This document shows, in pieces, positions 29,402-38,534 of a stretch of DNA of 64,000 nucleotides (positions are counted from its first letter, which is position 1; each line of letters begins with the position of its first letter). The notes beneath the pieces are model-generated. The model had not been told where the DNA came from and ran no database searches. It saw only the letters and a program-made list of their open reading frames with translations. A program made the translations under genes and the position numbers. The stretch lies in assembly GCA_041743505.1 (NCBI GenBank), contig JBGTMQ010000003.1, positions 89,148-153,147 on the forward strand, in the 5' to 3' direction. The stretch comes from Candidatus Saccharimonadia bacterium. GTDB taxonomy: Bacteria; Patescibacteriota; Saccharimonadia; UBA4664.

Positions 29402-30169
29402 CTACTCACCCTTGAAACCCTCCAATGCAGCCAAGTCAGCCACGCAAACGCCACAATCACAGTTATTCTCAGCTATTGGCTGTCGCCCACCCATCGTTGA
29501 CGTTATGTGATCCATGATCGCCGACCAGTACCAATATTTTTCTTTTACTTCCGCCGCCGTCACAAAGTTCTTCACCAGCAGCGCCAAGTCTTTGTCCCAC
29601 ATTTCCAGATTATTAAGTATGTTTTTGCTACTCACCCACCATTTACCATTGAGTTTATAGTGTATTTTTAACAACTCCCCAATGTTGGCATGCATGGAAT
29701 AAAGTGATGCCACCGGATCATCACCTAAAGACCGCTCAACCTTGTTATTAGCATGGTAAAGCATAAACTGAAGATGCTGATAGTCCCTCTCGGTATATGG
29801 TTGCGCCTTAATATGCCAGACCTTCTGCTGCAAATCCGTTAGCTCGCCAGTTTTATCAAACACAATCACCCCGCGCATCAGGTAGGGTTCACGTACACCT
29901 TTAGTAGTATCGTTTTGGATAAATACTTCTACCTGCTTAAAGGAACGAAACGTAATATCCAACTTGTAATCATCGATGGTTGGGTGGTTGATGTTTTGGC
30001 ACGGATTATCTTCGTCAACAACTACCATTACATCAAGGTCACTTTTGGCCGTACTTGTTCCCTCTGCTACCGACCCAAAAATAAATGCAGCCTGATAACG
30101 CGAGTCAGCGCTCAAAGCTCCGATAGCCTCATAGCCCTTTGTAAATCTTGGCGATAAACCATCCATCAA
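29402..30169 (-). CDS. Pol-beta-type nucleotidyltransferase domain protein with helical C-terminus
   Basis: IFGSVAEG....SDLDVMVV, third Asp in LDI; ATGA overlap with NADAR gene. Confidence 0.82.
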   Translation of the reverse strand: MMDGLSPRFTKGYEAIGALSADSRYQAAFIFGSVAEGTSTAKSDLDVMVVVDEDNPCQNINHPTIDDYKLDITFRSFKQVEVFIQNDTTKGVREPYLMRGVIVFDKTGELTDLQQKVWHIKAQPYTERDYQHLQFMLYHANNKVERSLGDDPVASLYSMHANIGELLKIHYKLNGKWWVSSKNILNNLEMWDKDLALLVKNFVTAAEVKEKYWYWSAIMDHITSTMGGRQPIAENNCDCGVCVADLAALEGFKGE

Positions 30170-30591
30170 AGTAGCTCGGCTCTAATCTTCATCCATAGCC
30201 CACCCAAATGGTTTTCGCCTGCACCATCAGGTCCGATTCCCCAAAAATCATCATGCGGCGAATCCTCACCTATTACATCATGTCCGCTTCTAATAAGTGC
30301 TTCCCGAACTTCATCATGCTGTGCTAGCTTTGCGCGCAAAATCGCCTCCATTGCCCCCAACTTCACATCATCCCAATCCGTCCTGCGAGCAAACCGATAC
30401 CTTCTAGCCGCCTCTTTTGCCAGTACCGGGCTCCTGGCCAGCCGTATTTCGTCCTTGCCCTTTGGATCCGTGCATTTAGCAGCCTGATAAGCATGTTCCG
30501 AGGTTGGATACAGGACGCCATCTATCCCCACGGCATTAGCCGAGAAATTGTTCAAAACATCGTACCATTGGTTGTAAAAATAAATAGGCAT
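30166..30591 (-). CDS. NADAR family protein (YbiA/DUF1768)
   Basis: LNNFS, YPTSEHAYQAAK, R.DWD.VK...M, AKL.QH, EDSP.D.FWG.G.DG.GEN.LG...MKIR. Confidence 0.9.
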   Translation of the reverse strand: MPIYFYNQWYDVLNNFSANAVGIDGVLYPTSEHAYQAAKCTDPKGKDEIRLARSPVLAKEAARRYRFARRTDWDDVKLGAMEAILRAKLAQHDEVREALIRSGHDVIGEDSPHDDFWGIGPDGAGENHLGGLWMKIRAELL

Positions 30592-30649
30592 GACCTTACT
30601 GTAACAAAAAAAGAGACTCGGTTGAGCCTCTTTTAAAGCATAAATTCCT

Positions 30650-30725
30650 TGGTCGGGGTGACAGGACTTGAACCTGCGACCTCACGGCCCCCAGCCGTAC
30701 GCGCTACCAACTGCGCCACACCCCG
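30650..30725 (-). tRNA. tRNA-Pro(GGG)
   Basis: CGGGGTGTGGCGCAGTTGGTAGCGCG...loop CT-GGG-GG...GGTTCAAGTCC...CCCCGACCA. Confidence 0.95.
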
Positions 30726-30836
30726 GTATGTATTTTGACTCTAGCGAGCATAGCTCGAAACAGTCTTTTGCTCAAGTTATCACGCCCGCCGCCTACTTAA
30801 AAGCCGCCCCACTATATGTGAAGCGGCCAAACCGGG

Positions 30837-31841
30837 TCAATGCAGCGACATCAAATACAATGGGTCTTCAGCCGCCAGCAACATGTACAGCAATGCCGCC
30901 CTCACCCAAACCCCATTGCCGGCTTGCCGAAAGTAAGCTGCCTGCAAATCCTGGTCAACCGCCGGATCAATCTCGCTCGTCCGGGGCAACGGATGCATCA
31001 GAAGCCCTTGGGGCTTCATCCGCCGCATCCGGGCCGGGGTAATGCGAAACCGGGCCGCCACCTCAGCCGAAACAGCCGTACCTTCGGCCATCCGCTCCAG
31101 CTGCGCGCGCGTTGTGTACACCACATCAGCCTCAGGCAACGCATCGTCAAGGCAGTCCGTCTCGTCCCACCTGGTCCCGTTGCGGTCAAGGTAGGCCGTC
31201 AAACCATCCTCCGGGTCATCAAACCGGCCAATCTCGAGGCCGGGTGGCGCCACAAATATCAATCGGTTGTCACGATATTTGGCCAACAGGTAGGCCAGCG
31301 ACCGGGCTGTCCGGCCATGAGCTAGGTCGCCGGTCATGACAACGGTCAAACCACCCAGCCGGCACAACTCCTCCTGAATCGTATAAGTATCCAGCACCGC
31401 CTGTGTTGGATGGTATCCTTTGCCATCGCCGGCGTTAATAATCGACACCGTACTTGCCGCCGCCGCCTCAGCCGCCGCCCCTTCCTGGGAATGCCGCAGC
31501 ACAATCACGGCCGGACGGTACTCGCAGTACGTTCGGATGCTATCGGCCAGAGTTTCGCCCTTAGCCGCCGATGAGAACATCCCCGCGCTGTCCGTGGTCA
31601 CCATATCCATGCCCAGCATTCGCTCGGCCACTTCAAACGAAAACCGGGTCCGCGTCGAAGGCTCATAGAACACATTAAAGGCCTGCTTGCCACACAGCAA
31701 CTCCCGCAGCCTCTCTTTGCCCGCTGGTCGCTCGAACATCGCCCGGATTTGGTCCGCTAAACTAAACACCACATCTAGTCGCCCGGTCGTAAAGTCCTGA
31801 GGCTGGATAATGTGGCTTAATGTGGCTGTCACACGTCCCAC
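30837..31841 (-). CDS. pyrB: aspartate carbamoyltransferase
   Basis: FYEPSTRTRFSFE, KGETL.D, INAGDG...HPTQ, GDL.HGRT..SL, HPLPR. Confidence 0.92.
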   Translation of the reverse strand: MGRVTATLSHIIQPQDFTTGRLDVVFSLADQIRAMFERPAGKERLRELLCGKQAFNVFYEPSTRTRFSFEVAERMLGMDMVTTDSAGMFSSAAKGETLADSIRTYCEYRPAVIVLRHSQEGAAAEAAAASTVSIINAGDGKGYHPTQAVLDTYTIQEELCRLGGLTVVMTGDLAHGRTARSLAYLLAKYRDNRLIFVAPPGLEIGRFDDPEDGLTAYLDRNGTRWDETDCLDDALPEADVVYTTRAQLERMAEGTAVSAEVAARFRITPARMRRMKPQGLLMHPLPRTSEIDPAVDQDLQAAYFRQAGNGVWVRAALLYMLLAAEDPLYLMSLH

Positions 31842-31915
31842 CCTTCTTCAAGAAATGAGGGTCCCCGCGAGCATAGCTTTAAAAACCCACTAACTCAAGC
31901 ATCAGAAATAAGCTT

Positions 31916-32689
31916 CTACTCGCTAGTTCCCTCTAACTCATTTTCCAGCTTCATCACGTAGTCCACACACGAATAACCGCCATCAATCACAATCGTAGCC
32001 CCCGTAATAAACGCCGCCCGGTCGCTCAATAAAAACTCCGTCAGATCCGCCACCTCCTCCGGGCGGCCTTTGCGCCCCAAAGGGGTCAGCTTCTCGGCCT
32101 CCCCCTCCACCTCAGTATCCATAGCCGTATCAACCCAGCCCGGCGCCACCGCGTTCACCCGGATCCGCCGCGAACCCAGGTTATTGGCCAGGCTCTTGGT
32201 CAAATTCATCAGAGCAGCCTTACTGGCCGAATATCCCACACTCGCAAAGGTCCCAATAAACCCGTCTGTACTGGCAATATTCACCACCACGCCACCGTCC
32301 ACCAAATTATGTTGCAGCCCGGCCGTCAGTAACATCGGCGCCCCCAGGTTCACTTCCATCGTTTTATCCCATTGCTCCATCTGATAGTCACCAAATTTCT
32401 GAAAATCAATCGTCCCCGCATTGTTAACAATTGCGTTCAAACGCCGCCCCTTCATTAGATCCATAAAACCCACGCTCTCACTCCGCCGACTAAAATCTAC
32501 CTGAAAGAACTCCACGTCGCCCAGCTCACGCTGTAGCTCCAATGATTCTTTCACGCCCAGGTTATACGTACCCAACACCCGGTACCCTCCCCGGCTGAGC
32601 CGCTCACAAATCGCTCGGCCAATCCCGCGGGATACTCCCGTCACTAAGGCCGTCTTGTCTTTAATATGGCTGTCTGTCGATATAGACAT
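31916..32689 (-). CDS. SDR family oxidoreductase
   Basis: TG.SRGIG, NNAG, YSASK, VNAVAPG. Confidence 0.9.
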   Translation of the reverse strand: MSISTDSHIKDKTALVTGVSRGIGRAICERLSRGGYRVLGTYNLGVKESLELQRELGDVEFFQVDFSRRSESVGFMDLMKGRRLNAIVNNAGTIDFQKFGDYQMEQWDKTMEVNLGAPMLLTAGLQHNLVDGGVVVNIASTDGFIGTFASVGYSASKAALMNLTKSLANNLGSRRIRVNAVAPGWVDTAMDTEVEGEAEKLTPLGRKGRPEEVADLTEFLLSDRAAFITGATIVIDGGYSCVDYVMKLENELEGTSE

Positions 32690-32769
32690 AATTCGTAAGT
32701 TGTATACAACGTTATTATGTCCTAATATAAGGGATAACATCCAATCTGTACATAAGGACCCCGACAAGC

Positions 32770-33582
32770 ATGTCTACCAAAATGGACAATATCACCAATG
32801 ATCTGACGCTTCTGGGCCTCACTCAGGATGAAGCCACGGTTTACCTAACGCTACTGCAAAACGACGCCCTCTCGCCGCTTGAACTCAGCCGCGTAACCAA
32901 AATTGGCCGCAGCAAAGTCTACCGCCTACTCGAACGTCTGCATGACGCCGGCCTGTCTCAGAGCCAGATTATCAACGGCAAACTCAGATTCCGGGCCCAA
33001 CCCTACCAATACCTTGAGGGGCTCATCAGGCAGCAAGAGGTCAAGACCTCCGAACTCAAGCGCGCCCTGCCCAGCATGTTCGGCGACATCGCCAACTTAC
33101 TCAGCAACGACGGCCTCGGTTCGCGTATCCATTATTACTCAGGACCCGAAGGGCTCAAGCAAGTCACACTCAACTCATTAGAAGCCAAAAACGAATTACT
33201 AATCTTTGAAATCAAAGATTTGGGAGCCTTCCTCGACTTCGGATTCGCCGAAGAAGTCCGCCGCGATTTCGTGCAGCACGACGTTCGTGTTCGCGAAATC
33301 TCCAGCGAACCCGAGGTAACCCCATGGACCAAAGTTACCGAATTCGCCACCAAGCACTGGAACTGCCGCTACATTGACCCAGGCGACCTCGAGATCGAGG
33401 TCGAAGTGCTCATCTACAATCACACCGTCGCCATGTACAACTACCACCAAGGAGAAATATTCTGCATCGAAATCCAAAGCCGGGCTATCGCCAACATGCA
33501 GCGCCAGCTATTCAATTTTGTCTGGAACAAAGCCACGCCCATGCGCAAGATCGGCAACGAGGGCGCCGCTAAGCTTGCTTAG
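32770..33582 (+). CDS. TrmB family transcriptional regulator
   Basis: LGLTQDEA.VYL.LL, LSR.TKIGRSKVY, YYSG.EGL, QLFNFVW. Confidence 0.88.
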   Translation: MSTKMDNITNDLTLLGLTQDEATVYLTLLQNDALSPLELSRVTKIGRSKVYRLLERLHDAGLSQSQIINGKLRFRAQPYQYLEGLIRQQEVKTSELKRALPSMFGDIANLLSNDGLGSRIHYYSGPEGLKQVTLNSLEAKNELLIFEIKDLGAFLDFGFAEEVRRDFVQHDVRVREISSEPEVTPWTKVTEFATKHWNCRYIDPGDLEIEVEVLIYNHTVAMYNYHQGEIFCIEIQSRAIANMQRQLFNFVWNKATPMRKIGNEGAAKLA

Positions 33583-33591
33583 GCAGCCCAA

Positions 33592-34023
33592 CTACCGCCC
33601 ACTAGAACCAAATCCACCGCCACTGCGCGTAGTCTCATCCAGCTCACTCACCTCTTCCCACTCCGCCTGCTCAACCCGCGCTACCACCACCTGAGCAATC
33701 CGGTCGCCATCCTGCACTGTATACGGCTCATGCGACAAGTTCACGAGTATTACCAGCCATTCACCCCGGTAATCAGCGTCAATCGTCGCCGGTGAGTTCA
33801 CAATGCTAATGCCGTGCTTCGCCGCCAGCCCGCTCCGCGGCCGAATCTGCCCCTCATACCCCTCGGGCAATGCCATATGTAGCCCAGTCGGTATCAACGC
33901 GCGCTCCAAACTACCCAATGTCACGGCCGACTCCAGATTGGCCGTCAAATCAAACGCCGCCGCCCCTGGAGTCTGATAGCTCGGCAACGGATGCTTACCT
34001 GTATTCTTAATCGGTATCTTCAT
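33592..34023 (-). CDS. dut: dUTP diphosphatase
   Basis: AAFDL, IPTG, RPRSGLA, TIDADYRGE, GDRIAQ, RSGGGFGSSG. Confidence 0.96.
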   Translation of the reverse strand: MKIPIKNTGKHPLPSYQTPGAAAFDLTANLESAVTLGSLERALIPTGLHMALPEGYEGQIRPRSGLAAKHGISIVNSPATIDADYRGEWLVILVNLSHEPYTVQDGDRIAQVVVARVEQAEWEEVSELDETTRSGGGFGSSGR

Positions 34024-34164
34024 AATTCACTCTTCGTCACTGCCTATGGTAATACACTAGATCAGCTAGACAAAGCTTTGCTATTTACGGGCTGAGATGG
34101 TAAGGTAACAACCGCTCCAGCCTCTGTCCTACCAACTTTCAACTGGTCAGAAAGCGAGTCAGCG

Positions 34165-34536
34165 ATGCGCGTGTCTGTAATAGGTTGTTCCAAGTTGTTC
34201 GTCTGTGCCAGCCTTCTAGTTAGTGGTGCAACGAGCGCCCTCATTGTCGCCCGGCAACTCAAAATTAATGAGGTTGAGGAGCGCTTTCGAGTAATCGGCC
34301 AGGAAATAGAAAAGTTACCCGAATGGCATCTGGTTCACCGGACCTTTGACACAGACTACTTCATCTACTATTTTCGGATTCGCGACTCCAGTACTTCAGT
34401 CTTCCTCGTCATGAACCGAAAACGACCGAAGGTTAACTTCTACGCTCGGCCAGAATACCGCTCGCAAGCTATCAGCCTGCGTGAGCAGCTCAAATCAATC
34501 AACTGGGCATACGACGTCCCCGTCGGGTCATTTTAA
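34165..34536 (+). CDS. hypothetical membrane-anchored protein (probable paralog of 34994..35356)
   Basis: N-terminal hydrophobic helix; aligned pattern I..L..W, VF....R, P.Y..L. Confidence 0.6.
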   Translation: MRVSVIGCSKLFVCASLLVSGATSALIVARQLKINEVEERFRVIGQEIEKLPEWHLVHRTFDTDYFIYYFRIRDSSTSVFLVMNRKRPKVNFYARPEYRSQAISLREQLKSINWAYDVPVGSF

Positions 34537-34627
34537 AAATGGTATCCCACTAGCGATACTACGCCCTCAACCCGCGGCCGCAGGCACCATGCCTGCGGCC
34601 GTATCCACTTCAATACACAATAAATTC

Positions 34628-34782
34628 ACACTCCGCGCCACCGTCTGGCTTACCAACTTTTCCCTGCGAAATCGCAGGTGGGTGCCCGCAGCCACTCGGC
34701 CCACGAGCCAGGGCAATCTAGAGCTCCCGTTGGTAAAAGTACAGAGAAAAATGTTCAGCCGCTCGCGAATGGCGCAGAGACA
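34628..34782 (-). ncRNA. ssrS: 6S RNA-like
   Basis: Closing stem TCTGCGCCAT/GTGGCGCGGA; motifs GAACATTTTT, GGGAGC, GGGCACCCACCTGC...GCAGG, ACGG as in Firmicutes-type 6S; own promoter TTGGCG-17-TACAAT. Confidence 0.75.
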
Positions 34783-34993
34783 CCTTCATTGTATCCGTTG
34801 GCACCCCCACCGCCAAGCATGTATAAAGAACTCTTTATAGGGTCAGTTCAAAACAATAACTAATCAGCCTCCAGGACGCGATCTATGACACTTTCATTTC
34901 TATTGACAAATATAGTCACTATATGGTATAATAGAGTTTGTCGAATGTTGAAAACACGGACTTCCGGGAATGCTCCGGAGAAAGCAGGCTACA

Positions 34994-35356
34994 ATGGCCA
35001 ACGTCATTCTGCTCTGCCTCGCCATCGGTTTTCTATCCGGCCTAGCCGCCGGCGCTGCGCAGTGGCACAAACCCGGCCCAAGCCGGATCGAGAAAGCCTA
35101 TCAGGAGCTCATCACCGCGATCACATCGCTGGACGGCTGGAAAGTCAACTTAACTGGTAACAACCTGGCGGAACTCCGGTTCAACGGCAGTGAATGCGTC
35201 TTCTTTCTCAGCTTGCGCCGGAGCGAGAAACTGATCTCCATCCTCAGCACCCCGCAGTACGCCGAGCGCGTCTACGCCCTGATGGATGATCTTCACCCTT
35301 CAGGCATCCCCGCCGACATCGAGGTCGTCATGTCCGACAGGCATCTCCCCATCTAG
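34994..35356 (+). CDS. hypothetical membrane-anchored protein
   Basis: TTGACA/TATAAT promoter, signal/TM helix, GGCCGCAG-stem terminator. Confidence 0.7.
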   Translation: MANVILLCLAIGFLSGLAAGAAQWHKPGPSRIEKAYQELITAITSLDGWKVNLTGNNLAELRFNGSECVFFLSLRRSEKLISILSTPQYAERVYALMDDLHPSGIPADIEVVMSDRHLPI

Positions 35357-35417
35357 TCCACGCAACATTCGCCCCTATGGCCGCAGCTAACCCCTGCGGC
35401 CATTTACGTTACCCGCA

Positions 35418-36047
35418 TTAAGGGAACGGGGTTGGAACTATCAGATTGGTCAAAAATCGCGTTACTTCAAAGAGAACCGGCGCAATAAACTGGTAACCCA
35501 GCAGGATGACCAAAAATATAATCATCAAGCCGGCCTGCTCAAGCTTGTCCATAGCTTGGCGCAAGCCCGACGGCGCCACAGCATATAGCAGCCGCGAACC
35601 ATCCAACGGCGGAAACGGAATCATATTAAACACAAACAGCGCAATATTCACCGTCACCAGCGCCCCCAAAAACTGCCCGGAAAGCTCATTAACCGGCATA
35701 AACCGCAACCATAAGCCAAAAAATATGGCTAGAAACAGGTTTGTGAACGGCCCGGCCAGCGCCACCAGGGCAGCACCCCAGCGTCCTCCGCGAACAGCCC
35801 ACGGGTTAAACGGCACCGGCTTAGCGGCAGCCAACACCGGCGCACCAAGCAAAATAAGCACCAGCGGCAACGCCAACGTCATAAACGGATCTATATGCGA
35901 CAACGGGTTAAGCGTCAGCCTGCCCTGGTCACGCGCCGTGCTATCACCCAGGTAGTGCCCCATCAGGGCGTGCGCAAATTCGTGCAGCGTCAGGGCAATA
36001 AGAAGCGCCACAAGTGACGCTACAATAGTGATTGGATCGAGTCCCAT
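35418..36047 (-). CDS. site-2 protease (M50) family protein
   Basis: HEFAH, GRLTLNP..HID, AGP..N, NMIPFPPLDG. Confidence 0.92.
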   Translation of the reverse strand: MGLDPITIVASLVALLIALTLHEFAHALMGHYLGDSTARDQGRLTLNPLSHIDPFMTLALPLVLILLGAPVLAAAKPVPFNPWAVRGGRWGAALVALAGPFTNLFLAIFFGLWLRFMPVNELSGQFLGALVTVNIALFVFNMIPFPPLDGSRLLYAVAPSGLRQAMDKLEQAGLMIIFLVILLGYQFIAPVLFEVTRFLTNLIVPTPFP

Positions 36048-36137
36048 ACAGCCCATTATAGCATTATCAATGCCTACGCGTTGACTTATTGGCTGGGTTC
36101 CGCTAGACTACGAAAGTTGTTTTAAGGATATTTCGCC

Positions 36138-36398
36138 ATGGCCTACGCCTGCGACATCTGTAATAAGGGCAAGCAGTTCGGCCACAACGTGCCGTTCTCG
36201 CAGAAAAAGACCAACAAGGTCTGGAAACCAAATCTGCAACGCCAGCGCATTAGCATCGGATCCAACAGGATCCAGGTGAAGCTATGCACGTCCTGCATCC
36301 GCACTCTCGCTAAATACCAGCGTGAAGCAGCGGCTAAAACCGCTGCTCCCGCCGAAGTACAGGCTGAAGCCAAAACACCGGCCAAAGCCGCCGCATAA
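36138..36398 (+). CDS. rpmB: 50S ribosomal protein L28
   Basis: CDIC.KG..FGHNV.FS.KKT...WKPNLQ, CTSCIR. Confidence 0.93.
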   Translation: MAYACDICNKGKQFGHNVPFSQKKTNKVWKPNLQRQRISIGSNRIQVKLCTSCIRTLAKYQREAAAKTAAPAEVQAEAKTPAKAAA

Positions 36399-36558
36399 TC
36401 AGCCCAGCCAAACAAAACCGTGGCCCTCGGGCCCTTTTTTGTTTTGAGTTTGCTACTTGATATATAGGCCAAATAGTGTTACAATAGACAATCGTTCTTT
36501 CACCTTTACATCGCGCTACCGCCAAACGCCCACAAACCACGCCCGGAATGGAGCAGTC

Positions 36559-37074
36559 ATGACCATCGTTTCACCAGACAAGTACCGCGTTACCGCCGGC
36601 GACATCGCCGGGGCCATAATGATGTGCATCGTTCCACTGATCGGTGTAATTTGCCTGTTCTGGCTCTCCATCATTAACTTGAGCACACCAGATTCCAGCG
36701 CCGGCGACTACGTTACCCTTGTGATAGCCTGCATATTTACCCCGGTTACCCTTTGGGTCATCTGGAGCGAAATCACCAAGACCCGGGCTTTGCCCAAAAA
36801 ACGACACGCCGCCGATCAGGCCGAGCTGGATTGGAAGATTCTATTAAAGGCCTTCCCGGCGCACGACACGCACGCCATCGAACAAGTCTACCGCGATGAA
36901 GACTTCGAAGTCTTCATCGTCAACCGGCACCCGACCCAACGCATTATCTGCCACCATAGCTACGCTACTATTCGGATCAGACCCGAAGGCAAAACAGCCA
37001 TCGAAGCCACCTCAGCCGTACTAGAAAGGCTTGATGAGGCCAACAAAACCCACATCACAGTCGTGGACGCATAA
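36559..37074 (+). CDS. hypothetical membrane protein (2 TM)
   Basis: GGAG SD, own promoter, terminator 37103-37125. Confidence 0.7.
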   Translation: MTIVSPDKYRVTAGDIAGAIMMCIVPLIGVICLFWLSIINLSTPDSSAGDYVTLVIACIFTPVTLWVIWSEITKTRALPKKRHAADQAELDWKILLKAFPAHDTHAIEQVYRDEDFEVFIVNRHPTQRIICHHSYATIRIRPEGKTAIEATSAVLERLDEANKTHITVVDA

Positions 37075-37102
37075 GACCACCACAAGCCCCCCCAACCGAC
37101 CA

Positions 37103-37125
37103 GGCCGCAAGCTTCGCTTGCGGCC
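37103..37125 (+). terminator. terminator, identical copy at 37837
   Basis: GGCCGCAAGC-TTC-GCTTGCGGCC followed by T-run. Confidence 0.75.
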
Positions 37126-37239
37126 ATTTTTTTATCCGCGCAAGCTACACCAGGCCTTCCTTGCTTGATTAGCAATACAAAAATGGTATAATAAGTCTTT
37201 AGTCTTGTCGCTCTTCAACTGAACCTCCAGGGAGGAACC

Positions 37240-37800
37240 GTGTCAGCCAAGACCGAAGCACCACTCAAAAGCCAGCGCCGACTGACCCTGACCACAGCCT
37301 TCCCCCAGGCAATAGCAGTAGGCAGCCTCGCATGGATAACAGTTATCATGAGCATCTGGCCAAGTTCACCAGATGAACCAGGCATTTTGGTCGGACTCCT
37401 GGGCTTAGCAGCTATCGTGTTTTTCATGGGCGGCATGATCGCCGGATTACTTGGAGAACGGCGCATACGCAGACAGCGAGTCACCTTCGAGCGTTATCTG
37501 GCCGAGCTTGCTCGCTTCAAAGTCGTCGAACTCGTCAATCAACCACTCTACGACAAGGCCAACGCCGTCGCAGTCCACACGCTGGCCGGCGACAGCGAAG
37601 CCAGGATTATCACCGTGCTGGCAGATAATGGCGTAACCGTCAGGAGCAGCCAGAATGCCTGGCCAGCCGCCGCCGGTGCCGCCGGTAAAGTCTTCGAGGG
37701 ACAGCCATGGCCGAGTTACTTCAGCATCAACCACCTCGGCGAGCCAGCTACCGACGCCCCCGAAAACGCCGTCACCAGCCTCGAATACAAGGGGTCCTAG
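37240..37800 (+). CDS. hypothetical membrane protein (2 TM)
   Basis: GTG start with GGAGG SD, own promoter. Confidence 0.7.
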   Translation: MSAKTEAPLKSQRRLTLTTAFPQAIAVGSLAWITVIMSIWPSSPDEPGILVGLLGLAAIVFFMGGMIAGLLGERRIRRQRVTFERYLAELARFKVVELVNQPLYDKANAVAVHTLAGDSEARIITVLADNGVTVRSSQNAWPAAAGAAGKVFEGQPWPSYFSINHLGEPATDAPENAVTSLEYKGS

Positions 37801-37836
37801 AAGTATCGGCTCCTGAGACGGCTACCAACCTGTATA

Positions 37837-37859
37837 GGCCGCAAGCTTCGCTTGCGGCC
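37837..37859 (+). terminator. terminator, identical copy at 37103
   Basis: GGCCGCAAGC-TTC-GCTTGCGGCC followed by T-run. Confidence 0.75.
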
Positions 37860-37887
37860 GTTTTTACCCCCAGCCAGTCTGCTACGG

Positions 37888-38514
37888 TCACTCCCCCGCG
37901 CGCGTCAGCAGCACCACCTGGGTCTCAGACGGAGCTTCCTTCGCATTCACACGCAGCTTGGTCTCCGGCTCAGGACTTGCCCCCATCTCCTTCAAGAATT
38001 CCTCCACTCCGCTTTGCGGCATAGAGTACTTGGTCTTGCCGTCATCATAGTGCACCGGCACCACGTAACTCGGCTCAAGCTGAGTCACTACCGCCGCAGC
38101 CTCCTCAGGCTCCAGCGTCAGCCCATGGCCGCCGACCGGCACCACCAGCACGTCAACCTTGCCCAATGTCTCAACCTGCTTGTTATCAAGTTTACCGGCA
38201 ATATTGCCCGTCACCACCACATTGACACCATCAATGACGATACTATAAACCGTACCACGGGCGCCGTCCTCGTCAATGTGTAATCGGGCCGGCACACCAG
38301 TCATCATGGCACCCTTCACCTCATACTCACCTGGCCCATCAATTACCATAGCGTTTTGAACCTGGCCAAAGCCCTCTAATGTTGAGGCAGTTACAACATC
38401 TGCCTTATTCGCTAGCTTGCTAAGGCCGGCATCTTCACTATAAGGATCACAAATAACATTCAAATTCTTGCCCGAAAGCTTCACGCTGCCAACACCGAGA
38501 TACGTTATATCCAT
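37888..38514 (-). CDS. MBL-fold (Lactamase_B_3-like) protein, metal motif degenerate
   Basis: DPY, IDGPGEYEVKG, VDVL.VPVGG, P..VVP.HY; lacks the usual H.H.DH. Confidence 0.8.
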   Translation of the reverse strand: MDITYLGVGSVKLSGKNLNVICDPYSEDAGLSKLANKADVVTASTLEGFGQVQNAMVIDGPGEYEVKGAMMTGVPARLHIDEDGARGTVYSIVIDGVNVVVTGNIAGKLDNKQVETLGKVDVLVVPVGGHGLTLEPEEAAAVVTQLEPSYVVPVHYDDGKTKYSMPQSGVEEFLKEMGASPEPETKLRVNAKEAPSETQVVLLTRAGE

Positions 38515-38534
38515 AGATTCTCTCAAATTACTGC

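Noticed and set aside
34628-34782. SRP RNA or riboswitch for dut
   Set aside because: No SRP domain IV GGAA/GCAGC motif; has own promoter and 6S motifs, and is separated from dut by another gene
37103-37859. CRISPR repeats or integron attC sites
   Set aside because: Only two identical copies ~730 bp apart with T-tails; no regular spacers, cas genes, integrase or RYYYAAC/GTTRRRY boxes
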